From: Octopus vulgaris
Lineage: Eukaryota
Direction of reading: 5' to 3'
Length of the DNA: 64,000 bases
NCBI GenBank assembly: GCA_951406725.2
Contig: OX597815.1
Location: 116,374,001 to 116,438,000, forward strand
The stretch's first letter is position 1; every line of letters starts with the position of its first letter. The notes under the pieces are model-generated. The model saw only the letters and a list, made by a program, of their open reading frames with translations, had not been told where the DNA came from and searched no databases. Positions 10,048-22,490 of this stretch are shown one piece after another. The position numbers and the translations under genes were made by a program.

Positions 10048-10726
10048 TTATATATATATATACTCCACCACATATCCAGATTAACCTCAATAATGAGTGC
10101 CTGACACATGTATACATTCTTTTGCTTACACATGTAGTGAAACCTGCGGGATATGAATAGAAATAATTTCGCAACAGCAGTGGTATCATAAATAGGTTGA
10201 GAGCGAGCTGAACCGAATAACACAACTGGAAAAGATGACACTAAAATGACTGCCTGTATAATTTTTTTTTTTTTTTTTTGGCGATCATTTTTATTATGAT
10301 ATTATTATATTATTTTAAAAGAAAATCTTTGTGGAGTAAGTCCAGAAAAATGTTGAAAGTCACACTATGTTATCGCATGTACATGTTTAATTGTTCGGAA
10401 AACAATAACAAGCACCGCTTCCAGAGCGGGAAAGGGAGAACGGACAATATGAATAGAGCGTAAATGAGAAAATATTTAAGAGGAATCTCAGTATCACCCA
10501 CGTATACCATATTGACACATGCGCGCACGCACACACAAGTAACTTTTAATACGCCGAGTAAGGGAAAGACAGGTGGGTGTGATGAATACGTAGCTTTAAG
10601 GAGAGAGAGGGTAAGTTGACAGCGATTGTTCACAGGTGGCTTTTCTCCTGTCCATCGCAAAGAAACACTCTCATACACATAATACATACACCATTTTAAA
10701 TTCGCGATTACATGTGTGTACGTTTG

Positions 10727-11461
10727 CAGATGTGTGTGTGTGTGAAGTCCTATAACTGTCTGTTACTACTTTTGTAGGGTCTTCCCTGTTGGTGTCACAT
10801 ATTGTGAAATTTTAAAATTATATCAAAATTTTCAAATTTGGTATAGTGAATTAATTTTCCACGTTAAATCCGATTTTGTCATTTATTTGTTCCTGAAAAA
10901 TTGCAGAAAAATGTTACTGGGATTTAAAGTCTTGTAAGCGTACACTTGAGTGAAATTCCTCTCCTCTCTATTATATATATACATACATACGAACGTAGTA
11001 AATAGCAGCTAGTCTTTGGTACCCCGTTGTGTCTACTACTCTGATTGGTTGGTATTGGCGCAATTTGTCTCTTGCTCTATCGCGCGCCAACAGTGTTTAG
11101 AGGCAGGTACGTTCTGCATGATAGCTATCTATCACAAAATTGAAGACAAAATCATTACGAGGAGGAATTTTTATAAAACAAACGAAAGCAAAGCATTATG
11201 ACAACTCAAGTTGTAAGAGCTTCTGCAGTTTTAATAAGTTTTAAAGAATAAAGTCATGTGAAACGGTCGAACAGACATGAAAATAATTTAAAAAGGGAAA
11301 AAATCCTCGACGAAGTTTTTTTGCGAAAAATTGCACCAATCTGTCCAGATCAAACGGCCAATCTGTCGGGGAAAGGCATAGTCTGGCATGGAATAAACAA
11401 AAATTTATATAAGACATTCTACTGCAAAAAATTGCCCGGCAATGACGGACTATTCAGCTAG
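10727..11461 (+). mobile_element. Probable non-autonomous Helitron-like element (5' boundary approximate)
   Basis: 3' hairpin GCCCGGCAATGACGGAC followed by CTAG|T at 11458-11462. Confidence 0.4.
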
Positions 11462-11503
11462 TGTATATATATGTGTGTGTGTGTGTGTATACACACACAC
11501 ACA

Positions 11504-12342
11504 CAGGCATACCTAACCCTACGTCGTTGATTGGTTCCAGGAGACACGACTGGAGTCGAATTGACTTGTCTTTAGGCTAGGTCGAATTTATTTGTCTCTG
11601 GGCTAAACCGATAATAACCATTCCCAGTAATGTACTTTATTTATGAAGGCATTTTTAATAATGCATGGTTAATGAAAACCTATTTCAAGCTTACAAACAA
11701 ATAATTTTAATTTTTTTAATACAGTACAGTAAAAAGAAAAGTAATCAAAATTTACAAAGACAATTTGGCAGTGTTTACCGTTCATCGCGGACGCTTTATT
11801 TATGAATGCGATTTGCAATAAGCAGGAGAAAATAACAGCCATTCTTAAGCTTAAAAAACAAATTCAGTAATTATTATTATTTTGCAATAACAAAAAAAAA
11901 AATTATTTAAAATTTACTAATACATATATACATACAATTTGGTGGTTTACATCGCAGTTGTAGATGGCTATGGATCGTCAACATCAACAGCTGACTCTGA
12001 CTGTTCTTTGTTCGATGCGCTTTTAAAACCAGTTGAGAATTCCTTGAACTGTCTTCTTTTCCTCAAGGGTTACATTATAAGGAGCAAAAGCTTCAAGACA
12101 AGCCCCCATAATCTTGGAAAAGCGTTGAGCATTTGGATCCATATCCTCGAACATAGTAAGACCTTTTTCTATATATGCAAATACTTACTGCATTTTCTTA
12201 ACCATAAAATGATGTGGCTCAGATTTGACATCCTCTACTTGATTTTGTTGCTCATGAAGCTCTATCAAATCCTCGGTTCGTCAGGGACTGTTTGTCTTTT
12301 TCAAACAAATCTGTGAAATCCTCCTCCTCCAAATCCATTTCT
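11504..12342 (-). mobile_element. Tigger/pogo DNA transposon 3' fragment with TIR
   Basis: TIR-like CAGGCATACCT at 11504. Minus-strand peptide EMDLEEEDFTDLFE..LTN/EDLIELHEQ..EPHHFMVKKM..FAYIEKGLTMFEDMDPNAQRFSKI..YNVTLEEKK resembles a Tigger transposase C-terminus. Confidence 0.75.
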
Positions 12343-12469
12343 GTGTGGCACCTTGGGCAAGTGTCTTCTACAATAGCCTCAGGCTGACCAAAGCCTTGTG
12401 AGTGGATTTGATAGATGGAAACTGAAAGAAGCCTGTCGTATATGCCAGGATTATGGCATTTTGTCTCCA

Positions 12470-12790
12470 GAATATTGGAAGAAGACTTATGGTTATGAAA
12501 TCTGGTTCTGAAGAGACTATCTGTCGCTCCCACATACTTCCTCACGTTTGGTTGCATATTTAGACTTTTTGATACTACCTCTGCCTCATATATGACAGTT
12601 TCCGTGTTACAGTGGCTGTTAGGAGGACATGTAGTGTTATTTCTACATGAATATACTGCCTCTATCTCTGGTGTGGGTCTGCTTACCAATATCTTTTTAC
12701 ATTAGGTGCGCAATTAAAGGAAACTCTGATATTGTAGCTATTAAAAATTTTACTGAACCTATTCATATGGGTAAAGTGTTTATCCACTAA
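12470..12790 (-). mobile_element. Naiad-like PLE fragment (RT thumb end to GIY-YIG)
   Basis: LVDKHFTHMNRFSKIFNSYNIRVSFNCAPNVK...YSCRNNTTCPPNSHCNTETVIYEAEV...KYVGATDSLFRTRFHNHKSS. Confidence 0.75.
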
Positions 12791-13314
12791 ACTAATGAAA
12801 ATCCTACCCACGGGCTGTAACCACCTTCCAATGGCCTTTTCTCTTGGGGAGGTTGGGAGTCTGGCGTAAAGTTATTTGTTTCTGGTGGTGGTGGTGGTGG
12901 TGTTGGTGGTAGTGGTGGTTCTCCGTCGTTCAACGATGAGGTTTCGTTTGTTCGATCAACTGAATTTACGTATAAGTAGTTGAGCATTCCACATATGTGG
13001 AATTAGCGTTATACAGTGACTGACAAGGTTGTATAACACACTCGACAGGTTTCTAGATCATTTCCATCTACTCAGTCTCACTCAAATGGTATGAGTCAAC
13101 CCGAAGTGTACAGAGAACATGATATTTGTTCAAGGTTACAATAGGGGAAATAGACCAGATACTGGGCCAAATGAATTCTCCGACAGCCACTTCTGACTCT
13201 TTCCAGAGGTATGGCAAGGAGCTGAATCCTGCCGCAGCAACCCTCTCCAGCTATGGATTGACTATAATCTCCAACTGTTCACATAGCCACCTGAATTGAG
13301 TCTAAGGCCCTGTT

Positions 13315-13548
13315 CAAAGATGTTGGAAGAATTCTAGCGTACGGACACAGTCAGAACGTCTGCTGTGTCCTTTTCTGCTGGACACATCTACGTAGTCTCC
13401 GTTGCAGCTGTCTATGTCACGTCTTACAATCTTCAGTGTTTACAGAGCATGTAGCAACAGTCATGATGTCGGCATTTTGATACCCGGCGCAAATTATCAT
13501 AATATAGTTTAGCCTTTTCCAATTTTCAGATGGTTCCCAGTTCTCCAT
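13315..13548 (-). pseudogene. Tc1/mariner (maT/DD37D-like) transposase N-terminal fragment
   Basis: MENWEPSENWKR...ICAGYQNADIMTVATCSVNT/KIVRRDIDSCNGDYVDVSSRKGHSRRSDCVRTLEF; frameshifted. Confidence 0.6.
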
Positions 13549-14685
13549 ATCAGCTAACTATTTCTCAACAATAATTCTAATCTTTATGCTATCCAACGCC
13601 ATTCACCAAAACATCAAGCTGTTCCTGAAAAAAAAAAAGACTTAAAATATCAATTTAGCCTGAACACCTTGTATATGCGTGTGTTTTATCTGTAGGTGTG
13701 AGCGTGTATTTATGTGCGCGTGCGCGACAGGCTTCCACGAAGCAGATTCACTCACACATTTATCAGCCCGAATGCCTTGGCTGAACCCGAAACCATGTGA
13801 TTTCGAAGCAAATTTCTCCATCACGCTGCCACGCCTATGTCTAAGAAATCCTAAGAATTCAACTCTAGAAAACTATGGAGTATCTCTTGAAGAGAATAGC
13901 AATAACTTTACGGTTAAAAACATGAATGAAAATAGTTGTTAGTGACGTAAACAGTTTTTGGTACCGCCAACATTTGCAAACATTAACTTGTCTAGGAATT
14001 ATAATGTTTGAAGATGACCCTCAATCACCTCTCTCGAATGTAAACAATGCAGTTTCACTATCATATAAGGCTACTACAGTAAAATATTTCCTATAACCTT
14101 CGTTTGGAATACTACGAAACTGTTTACATAGTACAAAACTTGAAAGTAACCTTTTCACAGGCAAGGAGAGACTCAAGATAACATTTTTGGCGAGCTTGCC
14201 AGGGTTTTGGCTTTTAACGAGGATATGTTTTCTTTCTTTCTTTCAATAACATTAATCAAGGTAGATTTGAGAATATTACAATAATAATTCAGTGAAAAAG
14301 AACAAAATTTACATAAGTAAACAGTTAGAAAATGCCAAAAAAAAAAAAAAAAAAGAAAGAAAAGGCGTGCAAAGTGAAACAAACTGCACTGAAGAAAAAT
14401 AAAAGGTAAAATGATGGTTGGTAATCGATATTATATAAAATGCTTTTGATTTATTTTAACTTTCTTTTAATTAGAAAAATGAAATATAATAAACATACAT
14501 GTATGTGTGCGTGCGTATACATACATACATACATACACACACATACACACACACACATACACACATACATACATACATACATACATCATAAAAATTTTCT
14601 GTGCAAAATAGCATTAGTTGGTTGCAAGTCCAGATGCACTAGACATTACTATCCTGCAGTGTAGAATTATATTTCAGTTTACTAA

Positions 14686-14791
<106 letters not shown>

Positions 14792-14880
14792 AACGCATTT
14801 TACAAAACGTAGATTATTACCGATTATTACCGGTCAGTTGGTTTACCTTTTGCTTAACTCCAGTGCAAATGTATTCAACT

Positions 14881-14913
14881 TTTCCCGCCATCTGATATGT
14901 ACAAAGCGCGAAA
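14881..14913. promoter_or_regulatory. Possible E2F-type promoter sites
   Basis: TTTCCCGC (14881) and GCGCGAAA (14906) in unique, CpG-retaining DNA just before CpG content drops. Confidence 0.25.
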
Positions 14914-15406
14914 GAGTTGGGGTAAAAAAAATCAGCAAAACAAATAAACAAAATAAATTTTCAGAACACGATACAAGTCAGTTACTTGACTACCTCGAAT
15001 GTGTGTATATGTTTGCGCGCGTGTGTTGAAAGTTAGAAACAGGAAGGTTAACTTGAATAATAACTACCAAATGTTGATAATATCTTAAGAATTCGAAGAA
15101 AGCCAACGATGAAGTATTGCAAAAATAATAATCCATTTACATTTTTAATTTGAGTAAACCAAAATAAACATAAAAATAAAACAAAAAAGCTAGGCTAAAC
15201 TTGAAAAGCATGTACTATGAATATTGAATGGGAAAGTAGTAGGAAATTATATTATAAAGTGTAAATACTACAACTGAAAGAATAAACAGTCGGCTAGATT
15301 TATATGTGGTACGACTGTTTTACTGGCGGATCTATAATATAATTTGTAACAAACTAAAAATTCAGATTGTATTATAGTGTCGGGTTTGCCAGTAAATATA
15401 TATAGA

Positions 15407-15661
15407 CCAAGATCCCCCAATCTACGGGTACACAGTACCAGTACCGAGCTGCACTAAAAGAATATTTAAATTTTATTTATATTTCATCGATTATCGCAGT
15501 CTGCAGATTGTTTTACCATTGTATATAAATATCATATATGCCATAACGAAATTATATATTAAGAATTTCACTGTGTTTTGTTATGCGCGTAATCCTCCAA
15601 TCCGCGAAAAAAATTGTCTCATGAAACGTGTCCTTAGTGCAAAACAAGGTGACGACATTTG
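15407..15661. mobile_element. Degenerate hAT-Charlie-type MITE
   Basis: Ends resemble MER1-type termini: CAAGATCCCCCAATC ... GAAAAAAATTGTCTCATGAAACGTGTCCTTAGTGCAAAACAAGGT. Confidence 0.45.
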
Positions 15662-16038
15662 TTAGCATTATTCATTTGTTATTATTGAATTTAATCTTAG
15701 GCGTGGCTGTGTTAAGAAGCTCACTTTACAACCACGAAATTTTGGGTCTGTCCTTGAATAATTATCTTTTGTTGTAACCCGAGGCCGACTCGTGCTTTTG
15801 TAAGTGAATTTGGTTGACTATGCAGAAGCCGATCGTGTATGTATGTGTGTATAATACGAAATGATAAGATCAAAGTGTAGGAAGTTAGTAAGCTTCGAGC
15901 AGTTCGTAGAAAGTATAAAAAAAAAACAACTTTGAGGAACAATGGTGGTTTATTGAAGTAGGAAGTTGTAAATGTTTCCCATATCGAAGGTTCGATAGGC
16001 AGGAAAAAGTTATTTTATAGTTTGCAGTAGCAACTGGG

Positions 16039-16114
<76 letters not shown>

Positions 16115-16258
16115 ACACACACATATATGTATATGTATATAATTTAGAGAAAAACCACTATTAAACAATTCAATAAAGAAAGATGTTATTCACACCATAT
16201 AGAAAACATATAATATAAAAAACAACTTTAAATCAATAAATAGTAAATAGTAGTATAA

Positions 16259-16301
16259 AGACTACACACGTTTCATGGCAATATAGTCACTCATCAGGTC
16301 T
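16259..16301 (-). ncRNA. Minimal type I hammerhead ribozyme
   Basis: AGAC-CUGAUGA-GUGAC UAUAUU GCCAU-GAAA-C GUGU G-UA-GUCU: canonical core, GUA triplet, stem I AGAC/GUCU. Confidence 0.75.
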
Positions 16302-16563
16302 AAGATAATAAATAATAAAATAATAAATAATAATAATAGAATAAATGTACTTAACTTATACTAATATACTATATATCATATTGATGTACTTATATTAATT
16401 ATTGACAAGATAAGTTATATTTTTATTTTAAGAAATATTGTTAAATGCTTTTCGATTATTTATAGTTAGTACACATTTTTTTAAATATATTTATTTTATA
16501 ATTAGTATAAGTTAAGATAAATATTATTTATTCTCTTATTATTTTTTATTATTTTATTATCTT

Positions 16564-16686
16564 AGACCTGATGAGTGACTATATTTTTAAATGGAATTAA
16601 TTTTAGTTCGATTTAATTTTAAATTGAATTGATTTTATTATTATTATTATGTATTTGAAAATATAGCCATGAAACGTGCATAGTCT
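16564..16686 (+). ncRNA. Type I hammerhead with ~80 nt expanded stem II (G16.2 mutated)
   Basis: AGAC-CUGAUGA-GUGACUAUAUUUUUAAAU...AUUUGAAAAUAUAGCCAU-GAAAC GUGC AUA-GUCU. Confidence 0.7.
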
Positions 16687-16893
16687 TTTTATTACTATTT
16701 ATTGTACTTTATTGATTTAAAATAATTTTTTTTTATAGTATATGTTTTCTATATGGTGTGAATAACATCTCTCTTTATTGAATTGTTTAATAGTGGTTTT
16801 TCTCTAAATTATATTCATATATTATATATTGTGAAATTTTATTTAAAATTGCTAAATTGAATTTTTCCCTGTAAGTTTTGGAATTATATTCCC

Positions 16894-16953
<60 letters not shown>

Positions 16954-17117
16954 CAATAACGCTAGTGTATCAGCATGGCCACAGCTCTGAGCTGAAACTA
17001 AAAGAAAAAATATATATATATATATTGTATTTAGGGATGATCATGTTGCCAGTTTAGCCAATAAAAACACACGCACTATATATTTGGTGTTAATTTGTTT
17101 CAGCTTTATTTTAATTT

Positions 17118-17180
17118 TTACATTAATCCTATTTCGATCAGAGTTCTTTCGTCAAACTTCTGTAACCTCATCAGTGGTCC
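17118..17180 (-). ncRNA. Degenerate hammerhead-like motif at a probable PLE end
   Basis: CUGAUGA-GGUUACAGAAGUU UGACGAAAG AACUCUGAUC-GAAA-U AGG A-UU. Stem II pairs but stem I is poor; ~95 nt from a (TA)n junction. Confidence 0.4.
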
Positions 17181-18471
17181 TTATTTGTGTGTCTTTCCTT
17201 ACCAATGATCAGCCATTTTGCCAAAATGGCTGATCGTAAGTTAGAGGAAATTTCAGGTAGATTAGCTAAATCCAGAATTGATAGGGCTCAAAGTAAACTT
17301 AGTAAAAACAAAGGTTGTAGTAAAAAAGAAGACGGAAGCATTGCGCAAACTAAATATACATATGTTAGAGTTTCAGACATGTACTATAGAGCATGGAGAA
17401 CTTTGATTAACTGAAAAAAACCTTGAAATTTAGAAGATAGAACTCCTTTTAGAGTCTTTAGAATTTAGGTTTTAAAGAAGTAGCATAAACATGTTACATA
17501 TTTAATCTAAGTAGTTAAATGATTCTTTAAAGACAAGGATATTTTTGGAAGATAAGTTGAGATCAAGTTGTTAGTTTTTGTACCAAAACAGATTATACTT
17601 AAAGATAGATTTTTAATTTAAGTTTCCTTTTTCTTTGTCTTATATTTTGATTTTTTTTTTTCGGTCTTTTAGTTGGGAGAAATGGCAGTCTGAAAAGCTC
17701 TTTGCAGAGCCTCTGCAACTAGTGAGAATGGGTGAGGAAGGTACCCCTAAACTGGACATCTGGCCTGACTGCATGCAGCTGTGTGGACACCTTAGGGCCT
17801 AGATGGTGGGGTTAACTGGGCATTGGCTGCTATTTCTAGCAGATTGAGTAATCAAGTAAAGGCTTTCTTGTTGGTTTATTTTAGACATGGTAGTTTAGGA
17901 CATTGGTTTCAAGCATGTTTAAGACATCTAAATAATAGCAGCTATGAATAGTTATAAACTGAAATGTAACTGATTTCTGGATATTGTGTTAACTATGGTA
18001 CCTTCGAATCCTTATTAATGGATTTACTTATCTTTTTTTTATTATTTTTAATCAGTAGGAGTTCAAAGTGACTCAAGGCTGAAAGTTTCATAAATACAGA
18101 AAACTCTTGACCCTAGATTCACATTTATAACTTCTACCAATTATTGATAAAAAAAGAAAATATCATCATCATCATCATTTAACATCCGTTTTCCATGCTA
18201 GCATGGGTTGAATGATTTGACTGAGGAGTGGTAAACCAGATGACTGCACCAGGCTCCAATCTGATCTGGCAGAGTTTCTACAGCTGGATGCCCTTCCTAA
18301 CACCAACCACTCCGAGAGTGTAGTGGGTGCTTTTACGTGCCACCGGCACGAGGCCAAGTCAGGCAGTACTGGTAACGGCCATGCTCAAATGGTGTTTTTT
18401 TTACATGCCACCTGCACAGGAGCCAGTCCAGCAGCAATGGGAACGACCTCACTCGAATGTTTTTTCATGTA

Positions 18472-18872
18472 TGTCATTATTCAGTTTATTTCAAGATTTC
18501 TTACCAATAGAGAAAGAACTGGTTTCTAACCTAGATCCAAGGTTCCTTCATTGGAATTTCAACATCAACAACAGGGTATGTATGTATGTATGTATGTATG
18601 TATGTATGTATGTATGTATACATGCATGCATATATGTATGTATGTGCAGATTTGCATGTTTTATGTATTTTCATGCATATTGTTGCATATCTAGACATGC
18701 TCATATATATTTAAATGATAAACTTCTGGAAAGTTTTACAGATTTTTACAGTTCCAGTAATGGATTGGATTTGTAGTCTTCAAATTAGCTTTCTCCTTTC
18801 TGGTTTTGAGAAGCCTAATTTCTCAAGATTGGTATTTAGGTAGTGTGTTACATATCCCAGCGCCCCAATAAT
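18472..18872 (-). mobile_element. 3' end of an R4/Dong-like (RLE) non-LTR retrotransposon
   Basis: IGALGYVTHYLNTNLEKLGFSKPERRKLI*RLQIQSITGTVKICKTFQKFII* followed by a 3' UTR; embedded in (TATG)n. Confidence 0.7.
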
Positions 18873-21800
18873 ATGTATGTATGTATGTCTGTATGTATGT
18901 ATACATGCATGCATGTGTTAAAGTATGTCTGTTGGAGAAGATCATTCTGATATAAAAACGGATATGCAGGGAATGGCATTGAACATTTCCCTTTAGATTT
19001 TGGGTTTGTGCTTGAGATCATGACACTCCATCACTCCTGAGCCTGGGACCCATATTGACACTTGATATCTGGCTTTGGTTTGTTTCTAGGGTGTGCAAGG
19101 TTTGTAAAAACACTAGAATTTTTAAGTAAACTTAACTGATTACTTTTCAATTGTGCATTCTCAGATTTAGTAAATAATAGTTATAAAGAATAAAAATAAT
19201 TTTTAAATACATTTCAGTTGAAGCAGCCTTGTAGTAGAGAAGGCTCTTCATCAATTAGGTTGATTAATTGACTGAACAATTAATCAAACAATTCTTTAGT
19301 TAATTAGTTAAATAGTTAACCAATTGAGAAATAAATAAGAAGTGAAATAGAACTAACGTGTGTTTTATTATTAGCTCAATGATTTTCCCAAGATACAATA
19401 AAATTTGTCAAATATGTCACTTGGAAAACTTGACTTTCAAATATGATTAATAACAATTTCTGATTTAGACACAAGGCTAGAAATTCTGAGAAGGGATTAT
19501 TAATCAATTACATTTACCTCAGTACTTGACTGGTACTTTATTTTATTGACCCCAAAAAGGTGAAAGGCAAAGTTGACCTTAGAAGGATTACAATTCGGAA
19601 TGTAAAGAGCTGGAAGAATTACTGCTAAGCAATTTTCCTGATACTCTAATGATTCTGCAAATTTACTGCCTTCTAAATATAATTAACAACAAATTATACA
19701 TTGTCTGCTTTATTGTACTATTACAACGGTCTCTGCTATTGTCTATCTTATGATATCTAACCATTTTATGATATTCTTCACAATGAGTATGTCAGCATTG
19801 ATGGGCATAACAGATGGGTACATTGCAAGATACAGTTTGATAACCACTGCTTTAGGAGATCTTAAAGTTAAGAAAAGGCTTATATTGGATTTTAAATCTC
19901 ACCTCTGGACATGGACAGAATCTGTAATCATATTCAAACAGACAAACAAAATGGATACTATATAATATTTTATGTGGCCAATCATAAAAAACAAAACAAA
20001 ACAAAGACCATAATCAGATCCTTTATTATTTTAATATTTTTAGGTTGTAAGGTGGCAAGCTGGTAAAATCGTTAGCATGCGAGGCAAAATGCTTAGCAGC
20101 ATTTCATCCAACTCTACATTCTGAGTTCAAATTCCATCGAGGTTGACTTCGTCTTTCATCTTTTCAGGATTGATAAAATAAATACCAGTTGAGTACTAGG
20201 GTTGATGTAATTAACTTACCCCTCTCTTGAAATTGCCACCTTTGTGCCAAAATTTGAAACCAATATTTGTTGGTTGATGTTGCTGTTTAAGCACCATATC
20301 ATCCATGATTAAGTAAGTCTAATGCATTTAAATGGTATTCCAGTTATGGCCAGTTTGTATATATGGGACCACATTATCCAATATATTTTCCCTTATTTAA
20401 AACAATTGATGTTTTGATTTGAGGGTAATTTGGCTGTTATTTCTAGTAGGCAACTGACTACATAGAGGTCCCCACCTTGGCTAGTTTTCAATACTTGTTA
20501 TTTTCTACGTATAACATTGTCCTTGCTTTTAAATACAATCTGCTACGAGATCAAAGTGCTAAAATCATTATTAATCTCATGTTTTCCTGATAATTAATCC
20601 AATGTTTTGCTGATCGCATTAGCTAGCCTCCGCTAGTAAACATTTTAACAGTCTTGAAGTCTACTTACTTTTTTTTTATACATTTTTCTTCCTACTTCAT
20701 TAATCCTAGCATACAATTTACTTTTCAAACTTATGCTTCTGCTATTTTGTGAATATTATGAACTGATTTTTACATTTGTTGCATTGTTGATGGTCCTAGC
20801 GACATTTTGACATCATCATCATCATCTAACTTCTATTTTCTATGATGGCATGGGTTGGATGATTTGGCAGGATCCAGTGAGCCTATGTCAGCTTTGGTCT
20901 CGTTTCTGCAGCAGGATGCCCTTCCTAATGCCAACCACTTTACAGTGTGTATGTCAACCACTTTAGAAGATATTTAAAATATTATTACTAAACTTCACTG
21001 CACCAGAGTTCATACATAGGTTTTTGCATTTGAATATATAGTATTCAGTTGAGAATCAAAAATTTTTCCAGCTACATTGTCTGTAAATATCAATGATTTC
21101 CAATAATCATTTCTGAAGCCCTTAACTAGTTCCATTTAGTTGATTTTTGAAACTCTAGTCTTTATGGCTGTCTAGTCCACTTTGAAATGTAGTGTCTTAT
21201 GAGTCTAATAAATTCCAAAGAAGAAAATAGGAACAAGCATGGTTGTATGGTTAAAAAGCTTGCTTCCCAACCACGTTGTCTTGGGTTCAGTCCTACTGTC
21301 ATACTCTAAGTAAGTGTCTTCTACCATAGTCCCAGGCCAATCAAAGTTGTGCATGTGGATTTGGTAAACGGAAACTTAAAGAAGCCCATCATATACATAT
21401 ATTCATACACACACACATGTAAATTCATATTATACAATAGAAGTAGCTTTATAATGTAAACATTACTGATATCACATATTTAAACTAGCATTTAAACAAC
21501 ACATACATTAAGTATGTGGTATCAGTATGTGTGTCTGTTAGTGTGTACTCTTGTCTAGACCTCTTGTGATGGTTGTAAATGAGCACCATTGTCATAAATT
21601 CAAGGTTGTTTAGTTCCAGTCTTTCATGGAAAACATGTCTGGCTATGGGAAAATACTACCATGCTTAGAAACAGGTGAGGGTTGGCAGCAGGAAGAACAT
21701 TCACCCATTGAAAATTGGTCTCAACAAATTCTGTCTCACCCATGCATGGCATAACTGACACTCCATCACTTATGACGACAAGGGTTCCAGTTGGTCCAAT

Positions 21801-22094
21801 CAGCCTGCTGATGATCAGGAAAACTGTGCAAGTGGCTGAGCATTCCACAGACGCGTGTACTCTTAACATAGCTTTTAGGGAGATTCAACATAACACAGAA
21901 TGTAACAAGTACCTTTTGAAATACAGGTACTACCCATTTTTGCCAGTTCAGTGAACTGGAGCAACATGAAATAAAATGTCTTGCTCAAGGACACAATGTG
22001 CTGCTGGGAATTGAACTCATGACCTTATGATTCATGAGCTGAATACTGTAACCATTGAGCCGTGTGCCTTTATGTATGCATAGAAAAATAATAT

Positions 22095-22490
22095 TCTTTT
22101 CTACTCTAGGCACAAGGCCTGAAATTTTGGGGAAGGGGGCCAGTCAACTAGATCGATCCCAGTATGCAACTGATACTTAATTTATCAACCCCGAAAGGAT
22201 GAAATGCAAAGTCGACCTCGGCGGAATTTGAACTCAGAACGTAAAGACAGACGAAATACTTATTTCTGTACTGCCCACAAGGGGCTACACAGAGGGGACA
22301 AACAAGGACAGACCAATGGATTAAGTCGATTATATCGACCCCAGAGTGTAACTGGTACTTATTTAATCAACCCCAAAAGGATGAAAGGCAAAGTCGACCT
22401 TGGCAGAATTTGAACTCAGAATGTAGCAGCAGATGAAATACTGTTAAGCATTTGGCCCAGCGTGCTAAAATTTCTGCCAGCTTGCCACCT
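22095..22490 (-). mobile_element. Two nested/adjacent tRNA-derived SINEs (GGCGAGCTGGCAGAA-head family)
   Basis: Repeated ACCCCGAAAGGATGAAAGGCAAAGTCGACCTCGGCGGAATTTGAACTCAG. Other copies at ~19460-19670, 20048-20262(+), 27130-27345, 55545-55692, 61455-61673. Confidence 0.8.

Larger units (their letters stand above)
16137..16813. mobile_element. Fold-back PLE pLTR pair (inverted repeat 16137-16368 / 16499-16813), each arm with a hammerhead
   Basis: ATAATTTAGAGAAAAACCACTATTAAACAATTCAATAAAG mirrors CTTTATTGAATTGTTTAATAGTGGTTTTTCTCTAAATTAT; no ORF. Confidence 0.8.

Noticed and set aside
11040-11092. CCAAT boxes and E2F-like sites as a host promoter
   Set aside because: They appear to lie inside a Helitron-like element, and no downstream exon was identified.
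18515-18556. Minus-strand AUGAAGGA-ACCU..AGGU-UAGAAAC as a hammerhead
   Set aside because: The core lacks CUGA/U3-A8 pairing and a stem I; it lies in an R4-like 3' UTR.
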